A stretch of 45,000 nt of DNA, counting the filler, from Sphacelaria rigidula (taxonomy: Eukaryota): the NCBI GenBank assembly GCA_964200075.2. It is 2 parts of 2 records of this genome, joined end to end, with 100 filler letters (N's around TTAATTAATTAA, not from the genome) between each part and the next. Parts side by side here need not be neighbours in the genome. Positions count along the whole stretch, not along the records: positions 1 to 22,451 come from CAXNAA020000333.1; positions 22,552 to 45,000 come from CAXNAA020000334.1. One strand, 5' to 3'. This document shows positions 13,122 to 24,779 of this stretch, in pieces (position 1 is the stretch's first letter; each line of letters opens with the position of its first letter). The notes beneath the pieces were generated by a model that had not been told where the DNA came from, made no database searches, and saw only the letters and a program-made list of their open reading frames with translations. A program made the position numbers and the translations under genes.

Positions 13122-15347
13122 CGAGCTGAGCCAGCCTAGAGGCAGATTCAAAGTTTGCAGGTCCATGCTCTGCCCAATATTTAGAGTTGGAGCGTAAAAT
13201 TTGGATGGACGATGCACAGGGCATGGAAAAAAATACGTCGGTACCAAAAGTTTTTTTTTTCATGAGTTAAGGGCATTTTATGATATCTGAAAACTGATTA
13301 TTACCCTCACTCATGAAGAAGAAAAAATAGTTTTGGTACCGACGTATTTTTTTGTAATGTCCTATTCACTGTCCATACCAAATTTTACAGCTCCACATGT
13401 TGGCCGGAGCATAGACCTTTTAAAAACCGGGTCGGTAAAATTCGGAACAGTATTTCGCAGGCCACTCACCGGCCCACGTTTGGTTTTCGTGTCCAGGCTG
13501 GGCCAGCTGAGCGTGATTTTTAAATGTATTTTGGCGATGCTGTGGGTAATTTGAATAGTTAGGCACTGAAATTTTGACACAGCATTTGTATCATCAATAC
13601 GCGGAACATTTGTCGAGGTGCATTCGCAAAAAAAAAAAAATGTTTGATCGATTTGAAGTTCTTGTAAAAACTAGAAAAATGCTATAACACCGTAAAAAAA
13701 GAAAAGTAATACGGATGCACCTCGAGAAATGTTGTGCGTAATGATGATAAACGTGTTGTTTCAAAGTTTCGGCACCTAACTCTTCGAATTACCCACAGCA
13801 TCCACTTTTTCGTCTGGCACCCGGTGGTCAACTGGTAGAACCGCCTCTCATTACAGAGGCCACGACTTCAAATCCCGACACAACCCTTTTGTTTTTGCGC
13901 ATAATCTGGATTATTTTTTAGCATCATTCCTCGCGAGTTGCGAAGGGTTTTGACATTTTGGTGACGGTCTTGCATCTTGGGGGTGTATAGTACAGTTTGA
14001 GGTAGTACTTCTCCCTCTTACGGCGGTAAATGACCGTCGGCTGGGAGGTTCTCTCCCATGATGGAGCTGTTGACCTTGATGCCATCTTGCAGCACTACAG
14101 TACTTGGACGAGTACCAGTCTACTGTACGCGTGCCTGTAGGGCGCAATTCCATACCGTAATTCCACCGCATTTCGTGGAACGAAACGTCATCAGACACGC
14201 GATCACGCGACGACGCGACACGTTCCTGGTACTCAATGCAGTACAATAAAATCATCGCCNNNNNNNNNNACTCCCATCCTCGCCAAGACTTCGCCAATCG
14301 ACCAGCGGCGATACCGGGCATTACCAGGTTGGTCTGCAGTTCACAGCGATATGTCAAGTCGAGCTGATTTAGTAAACTTGACGAGTTATGGTTGGAGATA
14401 CAAATGCGGCACTCTTTCACTCTTTGCTGGCCCAGCCTGTGTTGAAAGTTTGTGTGGGCGCTCTTTAAGGCATAACTAACAAAACTCAGTGGGTCAGGTT
14501 ATTTTCAACTATTATTTTCACTTGTTTAGGGCGTTCTGGTATGGTGAAGACCATTTCTTTACGAGAACGCTCTAACCTCCATGAAAAAAATGAAGGTCCA
14601 TTCTTTTTTTTATTCGGCACACCTTCGTGGTCCTCTACGGCGATTTTCAAATCACAATTTTAAAAATGGAGCTGAAAACATTGAAATAAGGCTTCAGAGC
14701 AATGTGTCATACCCTGAACAATAGAATACACGGTGAAAAAATGTACTGCGTACAGTATGAAATCTTTCCTCTATTTGAAAATAGACAATAGATTTCATAC
14801 TGTACGTAGTACATTTTTTCACCGTGTATTCTTTTGTCCAGGGTATGCAATGTTTATTTCTCCTCAAAACTCCACCGAAACTAGAAACACGAAAAAAAAA
14901 GAAAAAAGATAACAAACTGTTTTATTCTAATTTATTATGCCCTAGAGGGTCACCAGACGAAATTTCATCGAACAACTCTCAAAAGCTGAGACGCGATCGA
15001 TATCCAGATTTAGGGCATCTAGTGCCTCTGCTCGTAATATATTGATTTTAGTATGGAAACTTATGTGCGCCGTATCTCGAGATAAATAACGAATTAGGTG
15101 AAGGTGAGGGTATCTATCGTCTCCCCGTGCTCCAGGGAAGATCCACACCAGAACTCGTCATCATCCACTGACTGCATCGTTCGGGGTTTCACATAGATTT
15201 GAGTGTATACGCTATCTCCGTACGGTATAGGAACTACTAGACATGGGCTTTAATCAAGGAGAAGAACTTGGCCCAGATTTTGGAGCAAATGGGCAACTTC
15301 CCCTTGATTGGGCGATCAATACGATGTGCGGATCACGGCCCAGCTCG
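13122..15347. mobile_element. Non-autonomous Tc1/mariner-like DNA transposon (~2.2 kb, contains a 10-N gap at ~14260)
   Basis: Termini TA|CGAGCTGAGCC (13120-13132) and GGCCCAGCTCG|TA (15337-15349) form an 11-bp TIR (1 mismatch) with a TA target duplication. Internal foldback ~13160-13250/~13330-13420. Long homology to 4141-6149. No transposase ORF. Confidence 0.7.
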
Positions 15348-15359
15348 TACATATATGAC

Positions 15360-15470
15360 AGAAAAACACCTGTAGTGACCTTCCTCCTGTGTGACTATGG
15401 TCGATGTGTTCACATGTACCGAAAGGTGTAGGCAGGCGTTCAGAATAGATGGGATGGGAACACGCACAGT
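15360..15470 (+). mobile_element. Degenerate 3' fragment of the tRNA-derived SINE family
   Basis: gaccttcctcctgtgtgac...cacatgtaccgaaaggtgtaggcaggcgttcagaatagatgggatgggaacacgcaca aligns with 20725-20820. Confidence 0.6.
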
Positions 15471-16698
15471 GTTGATGTTCTCGTGATTTGTGCAGAGGTA
15501 TATATATTTATATAATATATATATATATATATGTGTGTCTTTTCAGTCTCCCGAATTCGAAGCACGGAATACCCGAACGTACCGGACGGGAGGGGCATGG
15601 TAGAAGTGTTGACAGGTCGGCACACAATGGGTTGCTTGGTGGCGGATCACCTCCACCGGCATCAACCAACACCCGCTGAGATATTTATGCATGATATGTA
15701 TGCGTTTATTTTCAGTTGTCGCACATAATGAAAGTAAGGTTTGGAAAACCCGAATACACGGTAACACGCATGTAGGCACATATCGTGTTGAGATCCGCTT
15801 GGACTGCGTGGCTTAATACTCCTAACTATTGTGTGAGGACATTCTCGCACAAAGTACACGATTTACTAGTCTGTACACTTTGTTTCAGGTACGCCATCAA
15901 GAAAATGAAGAGGGCATGCAATTCATGTGCAAAAAGGGTTGCAGGCCCATCGCGATGCCATCCTTCCCGGACCCCAGGGACTCCGTCTCGGCTTTGTAGA
16001 GATGCGAGATCAACGGTCTGATGACAACGGCATGCAGAATCATGAGTCCCCGCCCCGCCCCCCGCCCCTTTTCCCGTGCTTTGTATATCTTTGTCCCTGT
16101 GGGGATTTTTTTGCCAGAAACACGGCTACGAGAGCTACGGTCCCTCCGCTAGTTCTGACGTGCCGTCACGCGATGGCAAAGGCCCTCCTCCAAACGTGGC
16201 CAAAGCGATCTCACGAGTCATTGCACAAGCACCTGCGGCCACCGCCATGTCGTGGAAATGGTCACGAAATGCTGGCGATTGCCCCGGACCTAGCACGAGG
16301 AGGCCCCGCCGTAGTGGCGCAGAGACTGCCGCGACTACGAGGGCTAGTTCGGCTACTTTTGACAACACTACTGCCACTATTTCGATTGTCGCTGGTGAAG
16401 GTGGTGTTGTGGCGCAAGAACTGGATGGATCACACGCTGAGGGGAAAGGGGATATGAGAAAGGTAGCGGGGGCCGGGTTGAAGATGAGAATGGTGAAGGG
16501 ACAAGGTGGTCGATGTGGCCGGCCTAGCCTAGTGGCGAGCTTTGCAAGGTGAGAAGGGGGTGGTGATTGTGAATGCTGTGTGCATTTGTCCAGGTGTGTG
16601 CGTGTGTGTGTGTGTGTTTCGAGATAAAGCTGGCAACAGTAGTATCATGAACATCAACAACAGCACCAAATGTTCACTGGGTTACCGTTCTTACTATT

Positions 16699-17070
16699 TA
16701 CAAGCCGCACGGGACCCGGTGCTGCGCTCCGGTCCCGTCCGTCTTTTCCGAGGCTCTCGGTATTCTTGCCTTGCCAAGCCCTCGTGAGAGCCATCGTGAT
16801 AATATATCCTCTCTCGAAATAATGTCCATGCCCGCCGGAAACATTGCAGAACCACCGCGATCGCGCGTCCGTTCGAACGGTCGCGAACGCATGTGTACCC
16901 CCGCACAAAGTAAAGTACGAACCCGCTAACTGGACCCCTAGCATTGGCATTGGCCCGAACAGTCATCTCCCTGGGCGGGTGCGGAGGAATTTGCACACTA
17001 AAGTCAGCATTGAATATCGTGGACGCCTCGTTACAACGTATGCTTCACGCTCGTGAGTTCGAAATATTCT
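16699..17070 (+). repeat. ~360-bp GC-rich structured dispersed repeat family C (two more copies on the - strand at 41045-41396 and 41407-41761)
   Basis: Runs from tacaagccgcacgggacccgg to gttcgaaatattct, followed by (TA)n. Aligns end to end with the reverse complement of both 41-kb copies. Confidence 0.85.
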
Positions 17071-20000
17071 ATATATATACTATTATTCAGTAATCGTTTT
17101 GTTGTGTGCTATTGTTCCAATCAGAATCATCCTGTGGGTTCGAGCTCATCGTCCAAAATACGATCGTCCTTTTGTTTGTGTGATGTTTTTTCATGTATAT
17201 AAGGGGAAATGTGTGGTATTGACCGATGCGAACAGTCATAGATCGGCATTTCTATACTGCGCCCCCATGACGAACTTTCCCGTGGGATTGACGTTGGTTG
17301 ACAACCACTGTGCAAAACATCCCACTCCCTGCGTAAGCTAGGAAACCAAGTTACCGGGGTTTTTTTGCTCTTGCGTTTTGCTTGCAGTAACCATGATGAT
17401 GGTCGAGCTAGATCATATTGTGCGGGGTGGGAAAACCTCGACTCTGCGCAAAGGGGATGGTCATACTGCGTTGTGGTGAAATGTTTGAGACACCCATGAG
17501 GCAGTGTGTAAGCCGTGGCAGTCTCTGGATGTGACATTACCAGGAAAAGAAGCAACTTATTGTAGGCTGACATACATGTGCAGGATAACCTGTGCGCTTC
17601 AAGCCGAACAATCTTGGCAGGATGCTGCTCACCCTTTATGGGACTCGGCGAACACATGACGGCGCTTCGCGCTTGGTGATCAATTGCGAGCGTGGTCCGT
17701 CCACCGGCGTGCTGCGCTCCGGCTTTGTAGGGATGCGAGGTCAAGGGTCATATGACGACGGCACGCAAGATCATATGAGTACACCCCCCCGCCAATAAAG
17801 AAAACCACACAACACCACTACTGTTTACCACTATTACCGTGGCTGACTCGAAGCAGTAAACCAGTTCACGGCCTTGTGTACACCTTGCATACGTACTCCG
17901 GTGCAACGCGAGTACTCCCGACCAAACTAAATATCGTACACTCGTGCGGCCGAGTAAGAGCTCCAAACGCCAAAAAATCGAATGATCCAGGAGGGCTCGC
18001 AACTTTTGTCTCAGGAACATATGCCCCCCCTCCCGGAAGGGGAGAGGGGGTACTGATGATCTCGCATGTCATGGTCATATGGCCATTGACCTCGCATTCC
18101 TACAACGCCGGGACGGAGCACGCCGGGTTTCGCCGGACCAAATTCGCCCTCCCGGGGGAGGGGGGAGGGGCAGGGCAACAGGGGGTCTTGTGACACACGT
18201 TCACAGCCCCGTGCTAGCGGCCGAGCAATGGGTTGAATCTTCACTCAGGAGCAACAGGCGGTCAAGGAAAGTGTCGGACGTTGTAGAAAGCCGTAGTTGT
18301 CGATCAACAGTGCCTGACAGAAGTGCCCGAGGATTGCTGTGTAGCCCAGGTCATGCTCGGGCAGATATTTTTGTCTTTTTTGTTTCTTAGACGATAGCTC
18401 AGTACACCTGGAGATTGGTGGATAACAACGCAGGCGCCTGCGTATCACCCCCTGCGTATCACCCCCACTCTCCCAGCATTTCGGGCGAAACGAATTCTTG
18501 TGGCATATGCTCCCGCGGGCTGAGTGTATGAGCCCTCCTTGATGCACGAAGTAGAGCTTGATATTACGTAAACGCCACAAGTTCTTTATGGCGTCATCGC
18601 GCTGCCTTGACGCGTATATATCGGGTATTCACTCGGGGTATCATCTACAGAATCGTCTACTGAATGTCCCGCCAAACCGTTTTGCCTGTGAACCGCCGCC
18701 GTAGTCGCCTGGACCGCCATCTCAGACGCGCTATATCGACGAAAATCATTCCTGCCAACAGAATCTTCACAAACTCCACGCACGGTTTACGTGATACTAT
18801 CCCCAAGATTCGTCTGCGGTGCAATTATCGTACAACACATTCGATGCTTCTTTGTTTCAAGAGAGGTTGGGGTCCTATTGAGGTATTTCGGACTGTCTAC
18901 TCCTCCGCGGATCGTGGTCGAGAAGTCCAAAAACTATGAGTGGACGCTGACTTCTGCACGGCGAGCACTGACCGAGAGTGCGAAACAAATCACAAATATT
19001 TCACTGGAGCAGTTAGCTGGATAATTGAAATGTGAGCCATGAAAATGATCTCAGCGGCACGGAGTAATGGTACGTTTGTGTGGACATCAAAGGGTATGAC
19101 ATCTCAGTCCCTCACCGTGCGGTTACTAGCTGCACGCGGCGTTTGTCGCGTATGCTGTCTGTATGTGTTGGTGGAACACCCGATTTCATTGCCCCGACGT
19201 GCGCATGTTGAGCACGTTGTATCGGCTCTTGAGCACAAATGACGTCAGTTTATTGAAAAAATGAAGAAAATATCAATTTATGACATAGCAAACCGATACT
19301 CTATCCTTTTCGCCTGAGGAGGCGGGTATTCTCACGTTATTGAAGGCCGTAGTGATGAGACCGTTGACCTCGTATCCCACAAAGCCGAGACGGAGCACGC
19401 CAGGTTTTCGCGGGACCAGGTCGGGGGGCGAAGATTCACACAACAAAAAATTGACCAAACGCTCTGGTTCGCAGGCTTCTCGGCGATGGCGTGTTCATCT
19501 GTTGCTTCGATAGCGTCTTCACCCGTTGCTTCGATGGCGTGTTCATCTGTTCTTCTATTGTTTCCTGGATTGCTTCTCCCACGATTTTTTTTGTGACGTC
19601 TTCAATACTCGAAAGAGAAGCAAATGCAAAAAAAAACGCCCCCGTTAGAAAACTCACGACGAAAATCTAAGCAGAATAGCTTCCGACAGGTAGGGCGTGA
19701 CCCGCCATAGAAAGAAACCAGAGCGTCCCTCACGAGAGCAATTGGTTTCCGCAACTTTACCCCCCCCCGTGATTCCATGTGCAAGTCTGACTATGACTGG
19801 TATACTGTACTGGCGGCCTCAGAAGCGGCCAAGGCGACGAATCGGTAGGATTCAAACCGCTGAATCGGGCGTATCGACGGCACTCCCAATCCGGAGTGGA
19901 GATTTGGATCCATCGGCAGCTTGGAAGAGGGGCACGGAACGGACCTTTAGATTTCGAAAATCCGGGTCCGATTCGTACGGAGCCGAGCGCATCTCCACTT

Positions 20001-20459
20001 ACTAGTATTTTGTTTTTGCTGTCGTTTTTGTTTATCACATTAGCCTTTTCCAGAACTCTGGCACCCGCGGTCAAGAGGCCATAACAAAAAAATAAAGACA
20101 GAATACAAGGAGAGCAAGCAATGTGTCCACGAAGAGAAAAACAGGGCGTCCCGGAAAGCGGGGTTCTCGCACACGTTAGCGAAGAAGCAAATGAACAGAA
20201 TGAAGAAGAAACTGTAAAAACGTAGAGCGGACGATGTCCCGCTAATGTTTCCCAAGAATCCGAGGAAAAGGTGGCTACCTAGCTCTGATATTGGAAAAAA
20301 TGTACTGGTGCTACTCTGGAAGTGTGGGCCGTCGCCTGTCGGGGCTTTGTTTTCACGTCGCAAAATTGGGTCCTACTTGTAGTAGGACCAGGCGTCGGCC
20401 GACCGCCGAAACTGTCAAGTTTTTTGTTTCCTCCTTATTCCTGCTGCACATGACAAGCC

Positions 20460-20829
20460 GGTCGCCCCGGTGGCTCAGTTGGTAACCTCATAACCTTCTG
20501 ACGGTTAAGTAGTGGGGTTCGATTCCCGGAGCGACCTGGGATCTTTTCTCACACCATGCCCAACAGTGGAGAGCGGCTATGTCGTGGGTACACAAAATTC
20601 GACTCAAAGGTCGACGAGGGAAAGGTACTACTGAACCCCTCTCGCGATAAAAAAATAAAGGCAAGCACCGCAGAAGGAAGGTGGGGTATTAAAAACAAAG
20701 AAAGAAGAAAAAAAAACTCCTGTGTTGACCTTCCTCCTGTGTGACCCCGGCTGATGCGCCCACATATACCGAAAGGTGTAGACTGGCGCCCAGAATAAAT
20801 GGGACGACAACACACACACACACACACAC
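20460..20829 (+). mobile_element. tRNA-derived SINE with (CA)n tail
   Basis: tRNA-like head GGTCGC...GCGACC (20460-20536) with Pol III A-box TGGCTCAGTTGG (20471-20482) and B-box GGTTCGATTCC (20516-20526), but no canonical D or anticodon arm. An unrelated body follows and ends in a (CA)n tail at ~20810-20829. The 3' part recurs at 20830-21147 and 15360-15470. Confidence 0.8.
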
Positions 20830-20911
20830 CGCAGAAGGAAGGTGGGGTACTACTAAAAAAAAATTAAAAAGAAGCTCCTGTGTTGACTTTCCTCCTGTGT
20901 GACCCCGGCTG

Positions 20912-21240
20912 GTGCTATTTTTCGCGGGTGGATTTCTACAATGTGTTTACTAAAGTACTGTACGGTCTCGTCCTTAGTGCACAGAAAAAACAATCTGGTG
21001 TGCCACGAGCATTCATCACGTACTATCATCATGTACGGCTTTCCTCCCCGAGGTCTAGCTGGTCTTGGGCCTATGAGCGCCCACATATATATACCGAAAG
21101 GTGTAGACCAGCATCCAGAATAGAAGGGACGACAACACACACACACATCAGACGTTTTTCTCGCGGAGGGTATTCGTCCATGTGGTCCGTCATTACCACA
21201 GTATGTGAAGTCGCGTCCTTTTCGCTTACTCATGTGGTAT
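20912..21240 (-). pseudogene. Ty1/copia LTR-retrotransposon integrase fragment, interrupted by a SINE tail
   Basis: Translation LIGPRPARPRGGKPYMMIVRDECSWHTRLFFLCTKDETVQYF matches the copia rve N-terminus (DLxGP...GGKxYxxxxxDDxSRxTxxYFLxxKxE). Confidence 0.75.
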
Positions 21241-22155
21241 AGCTTTTTCGTGAAATGTCGAATGTTGTATAGGTACATGTTGGAGCGGATTTCAACCACA
21301 GTTTGTCTGTGATACATTCGGGTCTTCCGCGTTCTTCACACTTTTAGTACGTGAAAAAAAATTCAGTGTGTTTCATCCACTATTCCACGCTCTCAACGTT
21401 CGCGTTCCTTGATACCCATCATGCCACACCAATACCAGATCTTCCCTCTTCTACTCATCACATATAGCACATTTTCATAACCGATACACACGCCAAATCT
21501 CTGGCTCAACCTCTTGGTAGGAGTCGTTACCTTTACCCTTTCCCAATTTAAATTAATTCCTTTCCACGCCTTTCGTGGAGGACGGGGCCGCCGATAGGCG
21601 GGCCCGTCCGATCCTTGTAATATATATATATATATATATATATTGGTGTACACTAGTGTATGTATCATGTCGATCATGTTGAGGACCTCGGGAGGGAGTA
21701 GTGTTTTTTCAGCATTCATCTTGGTGAAGGGTCTACAGCTCGTGGATCCGATCCCCTTATCGATCGCTCGGCTGATTTATTGGTTGATGCCCGTCTGTAT
21801 TGACGTATCCGATTCAAACCCAGCTGTATGCTTTGTTTGTTTTTCTCCTTGAACGAAGGAGGAAACCTGACCCAATAGTTACCCTGCAAGCGGGTGCGTG
21901 TGCCGATCACTCGGAGGCCCGCTAGACTGCCTCACGGCGGTCGTGTGGGGTAGACGCCTCGAGCGCTTGCAAGCTTTGCTCAAGGCACCGTGGGGGAGGT
22001 CCGACCCACTAAAACCCCCTGTACACTTGGCGCAGTGCACGCGCCGCCCTTTTCTTAACCCCTTTGGAACCCTCCCCTCCTGTCCCCTGGCCAAACGCCT
22101 CATTATGAGAAGCCCTGACGAAGAGGAAAACATGGAAACAGAATAGGCCGACGGC

Positions 22156-22451
22156 AACCATTTTTATAATGGAAGCCCGAAGAAGAATGACCTCCCTGGA
22201 GAATTCGGGTAAGGTTTGTCCAATCACACCACGCAACGGATGAAGTGTGTCCAATTACATCCATCGACAATAATCAGCAAAACCACTATGAAACATTCCA
22301 ATAAAAAAAAAGGAAGCAAAGGAAGCAACCATTTTTATAATGGAACCCCGGAGAAGAATGTCCTCCCTGGAGAATTCGGGTAAGGTTTGTCCAATCACAC
22401 CACGCAACGGATGAAGTGTGTCCAATTACATCCATCGACAATAATCAGCAA
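22156..22451 (+). repeat. Direct duplication (~125 bp, period 170 bp) at a contig end
   Basis: caaccatttttataatgga...catcgacaataatcagcaa occurs at ~22156-22281 and ~22326-22451, abutting the gap. It could be real or an assembly artefact. Confidence 0.7.
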
Positions 22452-22551
22452 NNNNNNNNNNNNNNNNNNNNNNNNNNNNNNNNNNNNNNNNNNNNTTAAT
22501 TAATTAANNNNNNNNNNNNNNNNNNNNNNNNNNNNNNNNNNNNNNNNNNNN
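22452..22551. other. Artificial scaffold linker (N44 + TTAATTAATTAA + N44), not biological
   Basis: Exactly 100 bp and symmetric. The central 12-mer is palindromic and places TAA stops in all six frames, which is typical of pseudomolecule spacers. Confidence 0.95.
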
Positions 22552-22847
22552 CAGAGTTAAGCCTCAATTCTCACAATTTGCTGTTGTGGGCAGAACTTAG
22601 TCGCGCGATGTTGGATTTGGTCATGCCAGCAAACTCCGTTGAAGAATGTGCACTCAGTCTCGCCACACTCAAACAACACCCGTCTGAGCAGGTTAGCACT
22701 TACGCACTGAGGTTCAGAAAGCTCATCACCCACTTTGAGTCATCTGTAGCCAGATCTTGCAGCACGTCGGAAAGAGCACCTTGGTCAGCATTTCTTGTCA
22801 CTCTCTGGCAATATGGCCTTGAACCAGCCATTCAGTGCCTTCAGTAG
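22552..22847 (+). pseudogene. Retrotransposon gag (Retrotrans_gag-like) fragment
   Basis: WAELSRAML...EECALSLATLKQHPSEQVSTYALRFRKL...LWQYGLEPAIQ fits the gag major-homology-like pattern LxQ...(E)xVxxYxxRFxxL...GL. It is truncated by the gap and ends at a stop. Confidence 0.7.
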
Positions 22848-24049
22848 CCTTAGTGGCGTCGACTTGACAAACCACCTACGATACAGACAGTAATTTTGCG
22901 CTCCAGATTCCATCATGGCAGAAGATCAACAGCACGATACCGTCATCAGTGCTGACCATCTGGCACACGAAGAAGAACCCGATCCGGACGATCACATGCA
23001 CCGTCGCCACAGCCGGCGCTTCCCTTCACCACCGGGGACCATCGCGGTGGGCCCAGTCAGCACACCAGCAGCACAGCAACGTGGTCCACCGCCGACTCCC
23101 CCTGCACCATAGCGCAGGACTTCGAACGCCTCTGCCCAGAAACGATGCGTGGATCAAATGTGGACCATCGTTGACCACGATGTGGCACGGCGGGCGCGCG
23201 GAGAAATAGCGGAGCTTCCTGCGGACACTCGAGAGATGTGGCGATATCTGGTAAGTAATAGTCCTCAGAAGGAACAGAAGCTGCAGTGTGGTTGCGTCGT
23301 TGCATTCCTTGACAAAAACTACGCTTCCCGCGCCTCGTACACAGGTAATAGGGGATTCAATATAAATGAGGTTTGATGAGGCTAGCCAGTATGCGACAAA
23401 AACCCGAGGGAAGTACCGTCCGCGAGTGCCTTCGATCATTCTCGGGGAGGTGGGGCGTACTCATGTGTTGCTTGCCGTAGGCATACCTCGCATATTGCAC
23501 CGTTATCAGCGTATGGGATCCCACACGCAGAAAAAAATGTTGAAAGTAATTCATCATTTTGCCCCCCAGTCCATGTATACATGGGCTAAGGGATGAATGA
23601 TTCTCAACAGCCTTTGCTGAATAGAAATCCAACACACTGATTACGAGTTTATGTCCACACGCCCACGAGCTTAGATACGACGCTTTGGCTCAAGGCGTGA
23701 ATGCTGGAATGAAGGTATGTATACCTCGCATATGAGTCCACATAGCTTATGAAAACCTCGTGGTCCGCAGTCTACCAAAATCACCTGATCGAGCATGCTT
23801 TTGTTTATGGAGGTTTTTCCTTGATAGTTATTAGAAGCACCAAATGGTAACATTGACGACAACAAATCAGGTAGCTCAATGTGCAACCGGTCGCACTTCC
23901 GAGTACGCAATCGTGAATTCAATTCCCACCACTGCAAATATATCCATCGTTTTCTTTCTGCCAGTACCATGCCCATGCTGTATGGAGTATATTGTATGTG
24001 CGCCATGAAGGCTGTACATCAAATCAACAATGAACAGTACTCGGGGTGA

Positions 24050-24770
24050 CGAAACCCTGTGAAGCGTATTGTGCGGCGCGAAAAAAACCTACAGCCAAAC
24101 CCCCGCGACGAACACTGCACAATTTCCTGAAACCCTGTGAAGCGTACTGTGTGGCGCAACAGAACACCCTACAGCTAAATCCCCGCGACAAACACTGCAC
24201 AGTTTCCCTGAACCCTGTCGACGTGCCCCACAGGGTGCTATCTGTTAACTTGTGGAGGATCATACTAAGTAGGAAGCGGCGCCTGCTGTGTGTCCAGGTG
24301 CCCCTTGGGGCAGGGTGCGTTTGGTGTCTGTTTGGTGAAGTTATCCCCAAAAATCTAAGTCGATAGGGGTTTCAAAATGGAAAACTCTAGCAAAACAGAT
24401 ATCGCAAGAATCCGATCGCAAGAATCTTGACGCAAAAACGGAGTCGCAAAAAATCAGTTAGTTGAACCTTTACCTGCAGCAGAAACCAACTTCACTTATG
24501 ACTCAAGACGTCGATTTGGAGGATGATACTAGGTAGGCAGCGGCAACTGCTGTGTGTCCAGGTGCCCCTTGGGGCAGGATGCGTTTGGTGTACGTTTGAC
24601 GAAGGTATCATCCCAGAAACGAAATCGATAGGGGTTTAAATCCGGCAACAACACTATCGCAAGAATCCGATCGCAAAAACCAGGTCGCAAGAATCTTGAC
24701 GCAAAAACGGAGTCGCAAAAAACCACTTAGTCGATTTTTTACCCGCATCAGAAACCGACTTCACTCTGTG
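24050..24770 (+). repeat. Compound tandem repeat: two ~79-bp units followed by two ~265-bp units (family B)
   Basis: gaaaccctgtgaagcgta.tgtg.ggcgc...cccccgcgac.aacactgcaca occurs twice (24051, ~24129). ctgctgtgtgtccaggtgccccttggggcagg occurs twice (~24282, ~24548). Confidence 0.75.
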
Positions 24771-24779
24771 GAACTGGAA

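Noticed and set aside
13812..13880. Second tRNA-like sequence (ggtggtcaactggtagaacc gcctct cattac agaggc ...ttcaaatccc)
   Set aside because: The boxes are degenerate, the cloverleaf is incomplete, and it lies inside a transposon. At most it is a decayed SINE head.
19483..19555. Three 24-bp tandem units within ORF 19436-19657
   Set aside because: A short minisatellite with no recognisable domain or gene structure around it.
20460..20536. Functional tRNA gene
   Set aside because: A and B boxes and terminal pairing are present, but the D and anticodon arms are not canonical, and it runs into a repeated body with a (CA)n tail. A SINE head fits better.
22113..22145. Hammerhead ribozyme core (CTGACGA...GAAAC)
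   Set aside because: The core words are present, but the intervening sequence cannot form stem II and no flanking stems were evident.
24050..24770. CRISPR-like repeat-spacer array
   Set aside because: The units are long, whole-unit tandem duplications with no unique spacers, there are no cas genes, and the context is eukaryotic.
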